This document shows, in pieces, positions 18,477-27,830 of a DNA stretch of 64,000 nucleotides. Source of the stretch: a bacterium (GTDB taxonomy: Bacteria; Hinthialibacterota; Hinthialibacteria; Hinthialibacterales; Hinthialibacteraceae); the NCBI GenBank assembly GCA_963662285.2, contig CAXXMV010000002.1, positions 1,248,001 to 1,312,000 of the forward strand. Direction: 5' to 3'. The notes beneath the pieces were generated by a model. That model was given only the letters and a program-made list of their open reading frames with translations. It was not told the origin of the DNA and made no database searches. Made by a program: the position numbers and the translations under genes. The first letter of the stretch is position 1, and each line of letters opens with the position of its first letter.

Positions 18477-20114
18477 TTACTTTGGTGCGATTTCCTGGCG
18501 CGTTACTATGGGGACGTAGCCGACTTCCAGCCCCTGCGGCGGCGTTACGAGCAGGGCTGGATCTAGCGTGGCTAATGTTCCACTGGTGGGCGGCGCCATG
18601 TAATCTCTATCGATAGACCAGTTTTTATGGATTTTTTCTACGAAGGCTTGCAGTTTTGCTTTCTTATCCTTGCTCCAATTATATTGCTGAAAAGAAGGTT
18701 GATCAACGAAACGGTACCAGGAATATGTGACCATTGAACCATCGGTTAGATTGACGGTGAACGGCCCTTTTTGTGGGCCGGGTTTTGTCCAGGCGCCGCT
18801 GGTCGGTGAGGTATAAGGCTGGCCGGGATTGGCTAGTTTGAATTCCTGCGAGCGGAGCGGTCCCGGAACATCTGATGAGGATACTGCTACCTTCTCATCA
18901 CCGACATGCTTGTAGTATTGCGGGAAGAATCCCTTGGGGCTGATGTTGCTATCATACCATTCGAGTCCCCAGACATTGTCGCTATGTACTTTTACATCAA
19001 AGACCTTATTGATGCCGGTCATCTTTTTGCCATCCTGATCGAAACGGGGCGAGCGCGTGGTCAGTTTGGATTTCCAGGCGCCGTCTTGGTCGAATTCGCC
19101 TGAGCAGGTTGAACCACCGTCACGCCATGATTTGAATGAGTTATAGAGCGCCTTTTTGGAGTAATAGGTCACATCCTGCACTAGCAAAGTTCTGTTTTGT
19201 TGGTCTACTGGAAACTGTAACTTGGGTATCTTGGAATAAAGCACGCCTTGGTCGTCTTTGAAATCGAAGCGCGGCACGGTATTGATCTCCATAGCGCCGC
19301 CGCCCATTTTGCCGGGGCGGGCGTCGAGGCCGCGTCCGTAGATGAAGGGGTAACTGAAAATCTTGCCGATTTTGCTCCAGGTTTCGGGGATGTAGTAGGC
19401 GATGGGGCCTTTAAAATTAGCTGCGCTTATAAAGCAGGTCCAACTCTGGTCTCCAGTCGGTGGATCGCATGTGGTTGGATCGGTGAATGGCAGAGCCATG
19501 TAGGAGTATCCAAGGAACTTGCCATTGGGATTTCCCTGGAAAGGCAGAGCATCCGGCGGAATAAGCAGACGGTTGCTTAGTTGGGCGATTCCCAGGCGAT
19601 TATCGGGCAGAGCGGTAGTGCTGTAGAAAAACGACCAACCCGGCGAGCCGATTTCGTAGTCGTAGCATTGCGGAGTGGCGTTCATGCTGAACTTGGGAGG
19701 TCCATAACGGAAGCGGTTGCCCGCCCAATAGCCCAGGCCGCCTTCGAGAGTTTGAAAGACGCTGCTGTAAGTCGGGCCTCGTTCCGGCCAGTTGTCCCGT
19801 GCGAGAGTTCCGACTGGAGCTAGAGGTTTATCCTTGTTATCGGAGTTGTCGGGCGAGATCCATGAGCCAGCCAGGCCGATCTGGAAATTAGCCAGCGGCT
19901 TATCGATCAGCGGCCAGATGGCGGAATAGAAGCCCATGCCCGCGCTGTATTCAGAACGATCCTGCGGTCGGGTTGCATCGTAACTTATATAACCGTGTAG
20001 GCCGCTTGAATGCGAAGTGACAATACCTATGTCGTCTTGCTTTTGGCTCTCTTCACTTATGCATATTACAGGAGTGATGATTAGCGCTAATAGAATTAGT
20101 GGAATTCTTTTCAT
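18477..20114 (-). CDS. secreted hypothetical protein
   Basis: Long ORF, GGAGAG RBS before ATG at 20114, signal peptide MKRIPLILLALII; no family recognised. Confidence 0.75.
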   Translation of the reverse strand: MKRIPLILLALIITPVICISEESQKQDDIGIVTSHSSGLHGYISYDATRPQDRSEYSAGMGFYSAIWPLIDKPLANFQIGLAGSWISPDNSDNKDKPLAPVGTLARDNWPERGPTYSSVFQTLEGGLGYWAGNRFRYGPPKFSMNATPQCYDYEIGSPGWSFFYSTTALPDNRLGIAQLSNRLLIPPDALPFQGNPNGKFLGYSYMALPFTDPTTCDPPTGDQSWTCFISAANFKGPIAYYIPETWSKIGKIFSYPFIYGRGLDARPGKMGGGAMEINTVPRFDFKDDQGVLYSKIPKLQFPVDQQNRTLLVQDVTYYSKKALYNSFKSWRDGGSTCSGEFDQDGAWKSKLTTRSPRFDQDGKKMTGINKVFDVKVHSDNVWGLEWYDSNISPKGFFPQYYKHVGDEKVAVSSSDVPGPLRSQEFKLANPGQPYTSPTSGAWTKPGPQKGPFTVNLTDGSMVTYSWYRFVDQPSFQQYNWSKDKKAKLQAFVEKIHKNWSIDRDYMAPPTSGTLATLDPALLVTPPQGLEVGYVPIVTRQEIAPK

Positions 20115-21205
20115 GTTACTCTCCAATTGCTAACTTTGCTTAATTCATATTCAATCCAAGAAGCATTTGGCTTGGGTATTAATGATTTAATTTCTTTTAT
20201 AATATCGCGAAAGATACCAAACATGTGAAACAATGTATGAGTATTATTGCTTAATACATCAAATACATCATGATCTATATCATCTAGGAAATCATTTAGA
20301 AAGATACCCAATATATTACTTAGTTCTTGACGATAAATTGTATGTAAATTTTTACATCTATCGGATGGAGAGGGATGGGTATCCGATGAGTGATTGTTAA
20401 ATAAAGAACAAACAGCAAGAGCTAAAAAAGGTCCCAATAACATAAATTTAGTATGATATGTATCGCCCTTAATAGCTAAAGTTTTAACTAAGGAATGGCG
20501 AAGCATTATAGATAAGCCACATCGATCTGCATCATATTCCATCTTATGATTCTTTATTCTATCGGTACCGTATCCTCTGTGATCATGTAGAACATGACCA
20601 ATTTCATGTCCAATAATAAAAGAAATTGCAGACATAACGAGACATTGATCAAGATCCCATGAATCTTTTGTTTTAGGATAGATATCTGGAAGTTTATTAT
20701 TATATGGTAATCCTTGCCAAGAATGAATTATATAATTTAATGAATTGTATAAATTACTATCAGTAAAAAAATCCCAATTTTTTTCTTCCCAGGAACGAAC
20801 GTAGACATGTGTCCAAAATCCTAAAGTATGTACAAGCGCAAAATGTAATATTACAGTTCTATCGCCTTTAGGAGTAAATCCTGCATATGCATTAAATTGA
20901 TATGTAGGCATAATTCCAAAGAATGTTTTATCTGTGATTTCCTTTTCTATTGGATTTAAAATTGGTTTAATTTGTTTTAGATACGTATCGATCATTTCAT
21001 CGTGAATTATAGGAGAAATCTTATTACGTCTTTCTAGCCATATTTTTTTTGCTTTTTTTCTTTCAGTTGATGGTAATCGTTGTAAAAAATCTTCCAGCCA
21101 GTTATCGGGTAAATCATATTTATTATTCAAGCCATGCTTTTTTCGCATATAATCAAGCCATTCATTTGGAGCCATATCTTCAATTTTTTTTTGTACATTA
21201 TTCAT
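20111..21205 (-). CDS. HExxH zinc metallopeptidase (Lit/U49- or M48-like), AT-rich
   Basis: FNAYA, FIIGHEIGHVLHDH, MEYDAD, THPSPSDR. Confidence 0.7.
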   Translation of the reverse strand: MNNVQKKIEDMAPNEWLDYMRKKHGLNNKYDLPDNWLEDFLQRLPSTERKKAKKIWLERRNKISPIIHDEMIDTYLKQIKPILNPIEKEITDKTFFGIMPTYQFNAYAGFTPKGDRTVILHFALVHTLGFWTHVYVRSWEEKNWDFFTDSNLYNSLNYIIHSWQGLPYNNKLPDIYPKTKDSWDLDQCLVMSAISFIIGHEIGHVLHDHRGYGTDRIKNHKMEYDADRCGLSIMLRHSLVKTLAIKGDTYHTKFMLLGPFLALAVCSLFNNHSSDTHPSPSDRCKNLHTIYRQELSNILGIFLNDFLDDIDHDVFDVLSNNTHTLFHMFGIFRDIIKEIKSLIPKPNASWIEYELSKVSNWRVT

Positions 21206-21291
21206 AAAATCATTCTCCTCAGACTGGTATTATTTTCAAAATTGTACTTCAGATTTGAAACCGCCTGACATAATCTGCGCAAAAATATATT

Positions 21292-22500
21292 TTATGGATT
21301 GGTAGGCGCGGGGTGTTGTTGCGGCGCTGAGCCGTTAAACAAGTTATTGTTAATAGTCATATCTTGGACTCCTTCAGCCAGGAAAATCGCCGCTGTCTGG
21401 TGGGCTTTAGTATAAAAGATATTACCTGTGATGAGTATATCAGCTGGAATGGTCAGGAATCTCTCTTCGTCATCGATGCGGATTTCGCAATCTTTTTGGG
21501 CGTCATCTTTCTGTCCGTTTTCTTTGAAGATGTTGGATGTCACAATGACGCATTTCACGTCGGGCGCCCAGAGTCCCTCGCGACCGCTGTAGGCGATCAG
21601 GTTGTCATTGAGGGTGCAGAAACTGCTGTCTCTTTCGATGGTAACGCCGCGTGAGCCGTTGCGCAGGATGGTGTTTTCCGCGGCCAATACATGTCGGCAG
21701 CCCTCCAGGAAATAGCCTCCCATCTGGCTGTCGGCCACGACGCTGTTAACGAACTTGCCATTGTGGCTGTGGTAGAAGTGGGTTCCGTCTGATTGGGAGT
21801 GCTCGAAGCGGCATCCATCGACCAGCCAGCCGTCTACATAATAGAAGGCCACTGTTCCCTGGTCGCGGCGGTGGCTGTTTGGCGCAGGACCAGCCTTGGC
21901 GTCGAGGTAGTCTCCATAGTAATTGCAGCAGTTGATTCCGGTGACATTTATAATTGTCACATTGCGGATTGGTTGCTCGTCGCTTTCGCCGAACACGCCG
22001 ATAGCGTTGCTGGTCAGGTTTTCGAATCTTATATTAGATATGTGAATGTCATTGACCTGGCCATGAATCCTGATGCCTGCCAGGTTGGTTCCGGGGTCCC
22101 ATGCGTTGCGCTGGCCTATGATTTTTCCTCCACGAAAAGATACATGAGACGCGTTCTCGACGATGAAGCATTGGCCATCCTGCTGCATATCCTTGGATAA
22201 AACGAAGCAGGCGCCTTCCATAACCAGTTTGGCGCCGTTGGGTACGCGCAATCCCCGTGGATCGGTAATAGCGTATTCTCCAGGAGCGAATAGAAAGATG
22301 TGAGGAGAACCGGAAGCGGCATCCAGGGATTGCTGAATCCATTGTTGATGAGATGCGGCGTCTTGTTTGGCGTATGGACCGATGGCGGTGACGGACGAAT
22401 TGGCTGCGCTGCTATTGAATGAATTTGATGATGAGACGTCAACCGAAGAGCAACCCGATAAGAGACATGCGAAGATTAGAAGCAGAGGCGCCTTGTGCAT
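21292..22500 (-). CDS. lipoprotein with right-handed parallel beta-helix (pectin-lyase-like fold)
   Basis: Lipobox LSGC; IQQSLDAA..FAPGEY N-terminus; repeated N-x-I-x-x-N beta-helix coils. Confidence 0.75.
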   Translation of the reverse strand: MHKAPLLLIFACLLSGCSSVDVSSSNSFNSSAANSSVTAIGPYAKQDAASHQQWIQQSLDAASGSPHIFLFAPGEYAITDPRGLRVPNGAKLVMEGACFVLSKDMQQDGQCFIVENASHVSFRGGKIIGQRNAWDPGTNLAGIRIHGQVNDIHISNIRFENLTSNAIGVFGESDEQPIRNVTIINVTGINCCNYYGDYLDAKAGPAPNSHRRDQGTVAFYYVDGWLVDGCRFEHSQSDGTHFYHSHNGKFVNSVVADSQMGGYFLEGCRHVLAAENTILRNGSRGVTIERDSSFCTLNDNLIAYSGREGLWAPDVKCVIVTSNIFKENGQKDDAQKDCEIRIDDEERFLTIPADILITGNIFYTKAHQTAAIFLAEGVQDMTINNNLFNGSAPQQHPAPTNP

Positions 22501-22697
22501 TGTGATTTCCCCGATTTGACTAAATTTGTTTTTTGCATCCTTTATATAATGACATAATAATCTGTTATTGTCCTATGTAGGGTATCAAATTTTTGATTTT
22601 TGATGATTCTGATTGATGCGCGGGCATAGATATACCTATGAGAACAGCGCGTTTGAACCCGTTCTAGTTTTTTTCCTGTTTTGTGATTATCTCAGGG

Positions 22698-23072
22698 CTA
22701 CTGTTTTATTAGCAAACCACTTTTCAGGTGCTCTGGACGTATGGGGTGTTCATAATCTTTACCAGTTTTTTTGGGAATCGGGAAAGAGAGCGCCTTATCA
22801 ACCGGAATTGAACCAAATTTTGGTTTGGCTGAGCCATTAGTTTTACTGACGGGGCTGTTTTGATTAGCCGATTTTTTGCCGTCGCCCTTAATCATGCTTT
22901 TGAGCCATAAGTTTCTGGTCTTGATGGATGAGCAGAACAAACGAAACAATGAAACGCATTTAGGTTTCAGCGGATCAAAGTCTTTGTTCAATACTCCAGC
23001 GATTTTTCTCAAGCAGTTTTCGAGAACCAATGAAACTTCTACTTCAAATTCACGCGTGGCTGTTGCATCCAT
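22698..23072 (-). CDS. hypothetical protein (basic, 124 aa)
   Basis: Strong AGGAGG RBS before the ATG and a consensus sigma54 promoter upstream. Confidence 0.65.
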   Translation of the reverse strand: MDATATREFEVEVSLVLENCLRKIAGVLNKDFDPLKPKCVSLFRLFCSSIKTRNLWLKSMIKGDGKKSANQNSPVSKTNGSAKPKFGSIPVDKALSFPIPKKTGKDYEHPIRPEHLKSGLLIKQ

Positions 23073-23108
23073 GATAGCCTCCTGGAAAAAAGATTTGCAA
23101 CGTTAATA

Positions 23109-23125
23109 GGCAAGATGCGTGCCAA
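23109..23125 (-). promoter_or_regulatory. sigma54 (-24/-12) promoter
   Basis: Minus strand reads TTGGCACGCATCTTGCC (GG-N10-GC), about 36 nt upstream of the 23072 ATG. Confidence 0.75.
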
Positions 23126-23157
23126 AAGTGAACTTTTGAGCAAGATGTGTTCTGTAA

Positions 23158-23218
23158 TCCCTCTCCAACTAGCCCTCTCCCGGCGAGCTACTCTCCAGAC
23201 AGAAATAAGGAGAGGAGA
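23158..23218. repeat. degenerate CCCTCTCC..AGCCCTCTCCC..GGAGAGG repeat copy
   Basis: CCCTCTCCAACTAGCCCTCTCCC ... GGAGAGGAG; resembles 49221 and 52378. Confidence 0.5.
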
Positions 23219-23259
23219 ATAAAACGGGGAGCATTATAGAGCGGACAGCATCATGAAGC

Positions 23260-23479
23260 GGGGAGCATCGGCTTCTAGCCGGTGTGTCAAATAGAATAGA
23301 ATGAACCCCATTATGCATAAAAAGTTATTCATCAATAGAAGCATACCGGTTGATGAATAGGCAGGGAGTATTTCGACCGGATAATCCGTTTGGAATCGTA
23401 TTTATTCTAAAATGGAATTATATTTGATCCAATCCGGCTAGAAAGGGATTAGTGCACCGGCTAGAAGCCGATGCTCCCC
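23260..23479. repeat. REPIN/MITE-like element with 25-bp perfect terminal inverted repeats
   Basis: GGGGAGCATCGGCTTCTAGCCGGTG (23260-23284) and its exact reverse complement (23455-23479); partial inner copy CCGGCTAGAA near 23434. Confidence 0.8.
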
Positions 23480-23528
23480 TGTGTGATGGAATAGGCGAAT
23501 TTTTATTGATAACTTAAGATGAGCGCTA

Positions 23529-24356
23529 TTATTTAGGAGTGTAATTTGGCCCGATAATCAGAAGTGGATTTGGTAAATTTTCTTGAACAATCTCTAATTT
23601 ACTGCCAAAGATTTTTTCTTTAAGATTTTTATGTCCGACCGCTCCGATTACGGCTAATGAATCATAGGGGATATTAAATAAGTTATCTTCCAATGTTCCC
23701 TTTTCGAAGATATCCCATTTTATTTCACCCGATTGGATTTTATCATTAAAGGAACTATTTTTTAATTTCGCGTAATAAGAATTTTTATACCGGCTTTCGA
23801 CTTGAGTAAAGATAGATAATGGCAATCCACTTTTTTGAGACAAAGTATAAGCGAGATTGAGCGCTTTTAAGGAGAGTTTAGAACCTCCAAAAAAACATAC
23901 AATGCTCTTCCATTCCTTAAAGACAGGAGTTGTGATCAAGACGGGGTAATTGGCATTCATTATAATTTGGCGTACTCTTGCGCCTAAATAGCCAATACGT
24001 ATTCTGGCAACCGGCTCGATGATGCTTCGGGGACATGTCATAAAATCAAAATTGGTTGGAATATTAGGAAGGGTGCTTGCGGTGAATTCATCAGGTTTGT
24101 ATATATTATAATTAATTTTGAATTTATCCAGAATATCTGATAATCTTTGGGCTGTTAAACTTGGCTGCTCAACAATATAGGACGAATCTAAATCTACTGT
24201 TATTACGTTGAATTCATAATATAAAAGGAATTGTTTTTGCTGTGGGATATAAATATTTAATTGCGTGTCTGGGATAGTTTTGCAAAACAAGGCGGATTGT
24301 AATAGAGTTTCGCGTCCGAAAAGATTATCCCGGTAAATGTGAATCAAACTGTTCAT
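23529..24356 (-). CDS. universal-stress-protein-like protein
   Basis: LGARVRQIIMNANYPVLI, IVCFFGGSKLSLKAL, IGAVGH...IFGSKLEIVQENLPNPLLII (two USP-like ends); AGGAGA RBS. Confidence 0.7.
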   Translation of the reverse strand: MNSLIHIYRDNLFGRETLLQSALFCKTIPDTQLNIYIPQQKQFLLYYEFNVITVDLDSSYIVEQPSLTAQRLSDILDKFKINYNIYKPDEFTASTLPNIPTNFDFMTCPRSIIEPVARIRIGYLGARVRQIIMNANYPVLITTPVFKEWKSIVCFFGGSKLSLKALNLAYTLSQKSGLPLSIFTQVESRYKNSYYAKLKNSSFNDKIQSGEIKWDIFEKGTLEDNLFNIPYDSLAVIGAVGHKNLKEKIFGSKLEIVQENLPNPLLIIGPNYTPK

Positions 24357-24414
24357 GATAAATTCTCCTGTGATCATATATTGGTTAAGAATTGTAATTG
24401 GAAAATAAATAAGG

Positions 24415-26154
24415 TTAATAACGATTACTTGTTTGTAGAATCAATTCTTTACGGTATTGTGAAAAAATATCATTTTTTCTAATAACGCCTATGTATATCT
24501 CATTTTCAGTGATAGGAACAATATCAACAAATTCATGCTCAAAATATTGGACAATATCAATGAGAGAATCGTTGGGAGAAAACTCATCAATTGAACCGCT
24601 CACAATTTCTTCAGCCAAAATTACATCATATAATTCTTTTTGTTGGATTAAATAGAATATCTTTTCTACATGAATAAAACCGATGAATTTTTTTGAGTGT
24701 TGGTCAACGACAGGATATACAGTTAAATTGTTTTTCTTGATTAAATCGATAATTTTTCGGAGTTTCATGTGAGGAGAGATAGTAACATGAGGATGAAATA
24801 ATATGTCTTTAACACGAGTATCAGCAAGGATGCGTTGATCAGTTCCGGGCCGTAAAAGCTGATTGTGTTTAACAAGTTCGTAATGATAGATTGATGCCTT
24901 TAAATAGAAGCGGGAAATTAATGAGGATAGAATGGAAACAAGTATCAAGGGTACCATTACTTCATACTCACCGGTTATTTCGACAATCAGGAAAACTCCT
25001 GTTAGAGGAGCCAAGAGAACGCCGCTGATTGTTCCTGCCATACCAATCAGTGCAAAGCAACCACCGCTGGCCCATATATTACCGGGGAATAAGATGTGAA
25101 GAATATGAGAAAACCCATGTCCTACAATACAACCTATTACAAGAGATGGCGCGAAAACGCCGCCGGCGCTTCCTGTTCCAAGAGTTAAAGATGTAGCTAG
25201 GATTTTTGCAGCGAGGAGCATTACCAGATAGTCGAGGGTGGAGTATGAGGAGTTTTCTATAAGATTATGGACGAATTCATATCCTTCACCAAAGATTTCA
25301 GGATATAGCATTCCAATAATGCCTACTCCCAATCCTCCCAGGATAGCTTTGAAAAAAGTATTGGGGATGTAACTGCATGCACGTTCGATTTTTCGCATGC
25401 TTATAGAGAAGATAATAGCGCTAATCGAACATAAAATTGCCAGTAAAATGCAGGCTAATACGTCCCAGGTATCAATAGAGAAGGTGATATGATCGAATGG
25501 AATCTGGTTGCCATTAAAAATATGACTGATTTGATTGGCGGTGATTGAGGCCATGGCGATGGGGACTATATTGATAGTCAGCCAGTCGCCCAGGACGATT
25601 TCTAATGCAAAAATTAATCCAGTGATTGGAGCATTAAAGATTGCTGATATGGCAGATGCGATTCCTCCTCCCAATAAAATGATGCGCTGACGTTCTTTCA
25701 ACTTAAAAAAACATGCAATGTTTGATCCGAATGATGCTCCGCTAACTACAATAGGACCTTCCGGGCCAGCCGAACCTCCAGATGCAATTGTTGCTATGCA
25801 GCTCAGCAAGTGAGAGATTGACGAGCGGAAGCGTAAAAGGCCTCCTTTGCGGAATACGCTGTATATAACGATGGGAACGGAGTGCCCGGAACCTTCGCGA
25901 AAAAAAACGCTGAGTATGAAAACCGATAAAAATGCTCCAATGGAAGGGAAAAAGATGTAGTAATAATATTCTTGAAAGTTGTTGAGATAAGATGAGAGGA
26001 ATACGATAGTGCGATTAAATAGAATGGTGACAAGACCCACGCAGAGACCAACCGGGATGCTTAGAAGAATTAAATAAAAGTGTTCATCAAAAAAAGGGAA
26101 TAAGGTTTCTCTGCTTAAAAGAGTCTTTTTTTTACTTGCGGGAGGATTTGACAT
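24415..26154 (-). CDS. CLC chloride channel/transporter with C-terminal CBS domains
   Basis: GGSAGPEGP, FNAPITG, GGVFAP, LAPLTG; multi-TM; CBS pair (YPVVD, VPITE). Confidence 0.92.
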   Translation of the reverse strand: MSNPPASKKKTLLSRETLFPFFDEHFYLILLSIPVGLCVGLVTILFNRTIVFLSSYLNNFQEYYYYIFFPSIGAFLSVFILSVFFREGSGHSVPIVIYSVFRKGGLLRFRSSISHLLSCIATIASGGSAGPEGPIVVSGASFGSNIACFFKLKERQRIILLGGGIASAISAIFNAPITGLIFALEIVLGDWLTINIVPIAMASITANQISHIFNGNQIPFDHITFSIDTWDVLACILLAILCSISAIIFSISMRKIERACSYIPNTFFKAILGGLGVGIIGMLYPEIFGEGYEFVHNLIENSSYSTLDYLVMLLAAKILATSLTLGTGSAGGVFAPSLVIGCIVGHGFSHILHILFPGNIWASGGCFALIGMAGTISGVLLAPLTGVFLIVEITGEYEVMVPLILVSILSSLISRFYLKASIYHYELVKHNQLLRPGTDQRILADTRVKDILFHPHVTISPHMKLRKIIDLIKKNNLTVYPVVDQHSKKFIGFIHVEKIFYLIQQKELYDVILAEEIVSGSIDEFSPNDSLIDIVQYFEHEFVDIVPITENEIYIGVIRKNDIFSQYRKELILQTSNRY

Positions 26155-26182
26155 TGTTTAAATAAAACCTAAATTATACTGT

Positions 26183-26878
26183 TTATAGCCATTTTTCTTC
26201 TAATTTATCCACATAATCCACGATATCAGCAACTGTTCGTTTCTGATATATCATTTCGAGAATTTGTTTCTCTTGAATGATCATTCCTAATTTAGAAAGT
26301 AAATGCAGGTGGATTTTTGTATTTGAGGATAACAATAACATTATTATTGATACCGGTTTGTCATCTATCGCATTGAAAGGGATGGCGGTTTCAAAAGACC
26401 AAATACTGATGATAGGCGCAGGTAAAATATTTCCGATAGGTTTTCTGGGGTGAGGTATTGCGATGCCATTTCCAAGACCGGTAGACGCCACTTTTTCTCT
26501 TTCGAGAATTTTGTTTAGTAGTTTGTCGCGGTCGATTTCTTCGGGTATTTTTATGTTGTTCACAATGTGATTAAGAGCTGTTTGAGCATCGACGATCTTC
26601 GTGCAGTGATGTACTCCTCCGCGCTCTATGGCTTTGCTCAATAAATCAATGCCGGAATTTTGTGTATTAGGTTGCAGGGTTGGTTCGATCCATGAAAAAT
26701 TGTTTTTTTTAACCCATGTTTTCAAATCTTGTTTGTTGAATTGAAGGACGCCGTTGGTTTGCTTTCCCGGTAAAGAACCATTTCGATACCATCTTTCGAG
26801 AACATGTTTTGACACGCCTAAATATTGGGCCGCTTGATCGCAACTAAAGGTATTTTCAATTTTATTATCAGGATGCAT
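26183..26878 (-). CDS. excisionase-like HTH + PTS EIIA (Fru/Ntr-type) fusion
   Basis: AAQYLGVS...WYRNGSLP HTH; EREKVASTGLGNGIAIPHPR with the phospho-His; FNAIDDKPV, HLHLLSKL. Confidence 0.88.
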   Translation of the reverse strand: MHPDNKIENTFSCDQAAQYLGVSKHVLERWYRNGSLPGKQTNGVLQFNKQDLKTWVKKNNFSWIEPTLQPNTQNSGIDLLSKAIERGGVHHCTKIVDAQTALNHIVNNIKIPEEIDRDKLLNKILEREKVASTGLGNGIAIPHPRKPIGNILPAPIISIWSFETAIPFNAIDDKPVSIIMLLLSSNTKIHLHLLSKLGMIIQEKQILEMIYQKRTVADIVDYVDKLEEKWL

Positions 26879-27216
26879 GGACTCTCCGTCCTTGAGTCTT
26901 TTAATTGTAAACGGCCAGTTATCTAAATTATAATTTTATAAAGCTTATTATAACCATGAGACTACGAGCAGCGTCAATTATTTTGTTGCTGGAAGCGTTA
27001 TCATCGTAAGGTATTGAATATAAGAGAGATAGACGTATTTCCGCTTTATCAGTATGACCGTTTAATATAAATTATACTTAGTAAAACCAAAAACAGGAGT
27101 CTTATGTAATAAATTTTATTTTAAGCTATGCGGAGTCGGCAAAAAGCGGAGTAATGACGAAATATAGCGTTGAGAATCAAGATTTTAAGCTATTTTTGAT
27201 GGATTAAATGAAAAAT

Positions 27217-27248
27217 AGGCTACGCTGGCGCTTTTCAGCCGAGCCTGC
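27217..27248. repeat. degenerate GTAG-type REP-like hairpin overlapping the brnA 3' end
   Basis: AGGCTACGCTGGCGCTTTTCAGCCGAGCCTGC, similar to and same orientation as 28980-29018. Confidence 0.55.
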
Positions 27249-27441
27249 TTTTCGTCTTGGCGTTTTTCCAGAAATCTTTACCAAGCAAAGGAGCGGCGTC
27301 GGGATCGTTCTTGACGGCTTGCTCGATATCTTCATCGGTCAGAGCCGCGATGCGCGCCCAGTCGGCGCCGGTGGGCACGCCTTTGATACGGCGTTCTTCC
27401 AGTTCTTGGGCTGTGTATTTAGTAATCTTCGATTCGCTCAT
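27235..27441 (-). pseudogene. BrnA-like antitoxin, C-terminally truncated
   Basis: ADWARIAALTDEDIEQAVKNDPDAAPL..DFWKNA is the BrnA-type N-part; the ORF stops before the usual C-terminal RHH segment; overlaps the brnT 3' end. Confidence 0.65.
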
Positions 27442-27682
27442 TTTTCCGCGCCTTCCGTACTGAAATAATCCTGAATACATCGCCGCGGATAGTGAAAACT
27501 ACGGCTATCCAATGGTACCCGTATTGACCAACCGCAACCCATCGATCTTCATCATACCTTGGTGAGAACTTGGCGTATTCATATTCGCCAACACGAATCA
27601 ACTCGGCGCCATCTTCCAAGGAAAAACCGTGCTTCTCGATATTGATCCTGTTTTTGTTCTCGTCCCATTCGAATTCTATCAT
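27419..27682 (-). CDS. BrnT family type II toxin
   Basis: FEWDENKNRINIEKHG...RWVAVG...VVFTIRG..RIISVRKARKNE. Confidence 0.9.
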   Translation of the reverse strand: MIEFEWDENKNRINIEKHGFSLEDGAELIRVGEYEYAKFSPRYDEDRWVAVGQYGYHWIAVVFTIRGDVFRIISVRKARKNERIEDY

Positions 27683-27830
27683 ATTATACACATTTTCTGT
27701 TAATATGGCAATTCAAGATTAAAGATAAGGTTAAAAAGAGCATCATATAGCCGTTACCCAGGTCAAACAATTACATTGGTCTCTTTCTTATATACCTTGA
27801 TTTATGTTGAGCAGTTTTATGAGTAAAAAT

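Noticed and set aside
22613-23106. Plus-strand ORFs 22613..22840 and 22876..23106
   Set aside because: Antisense to the 124-aa gene, which has clear promoter and RBS support.
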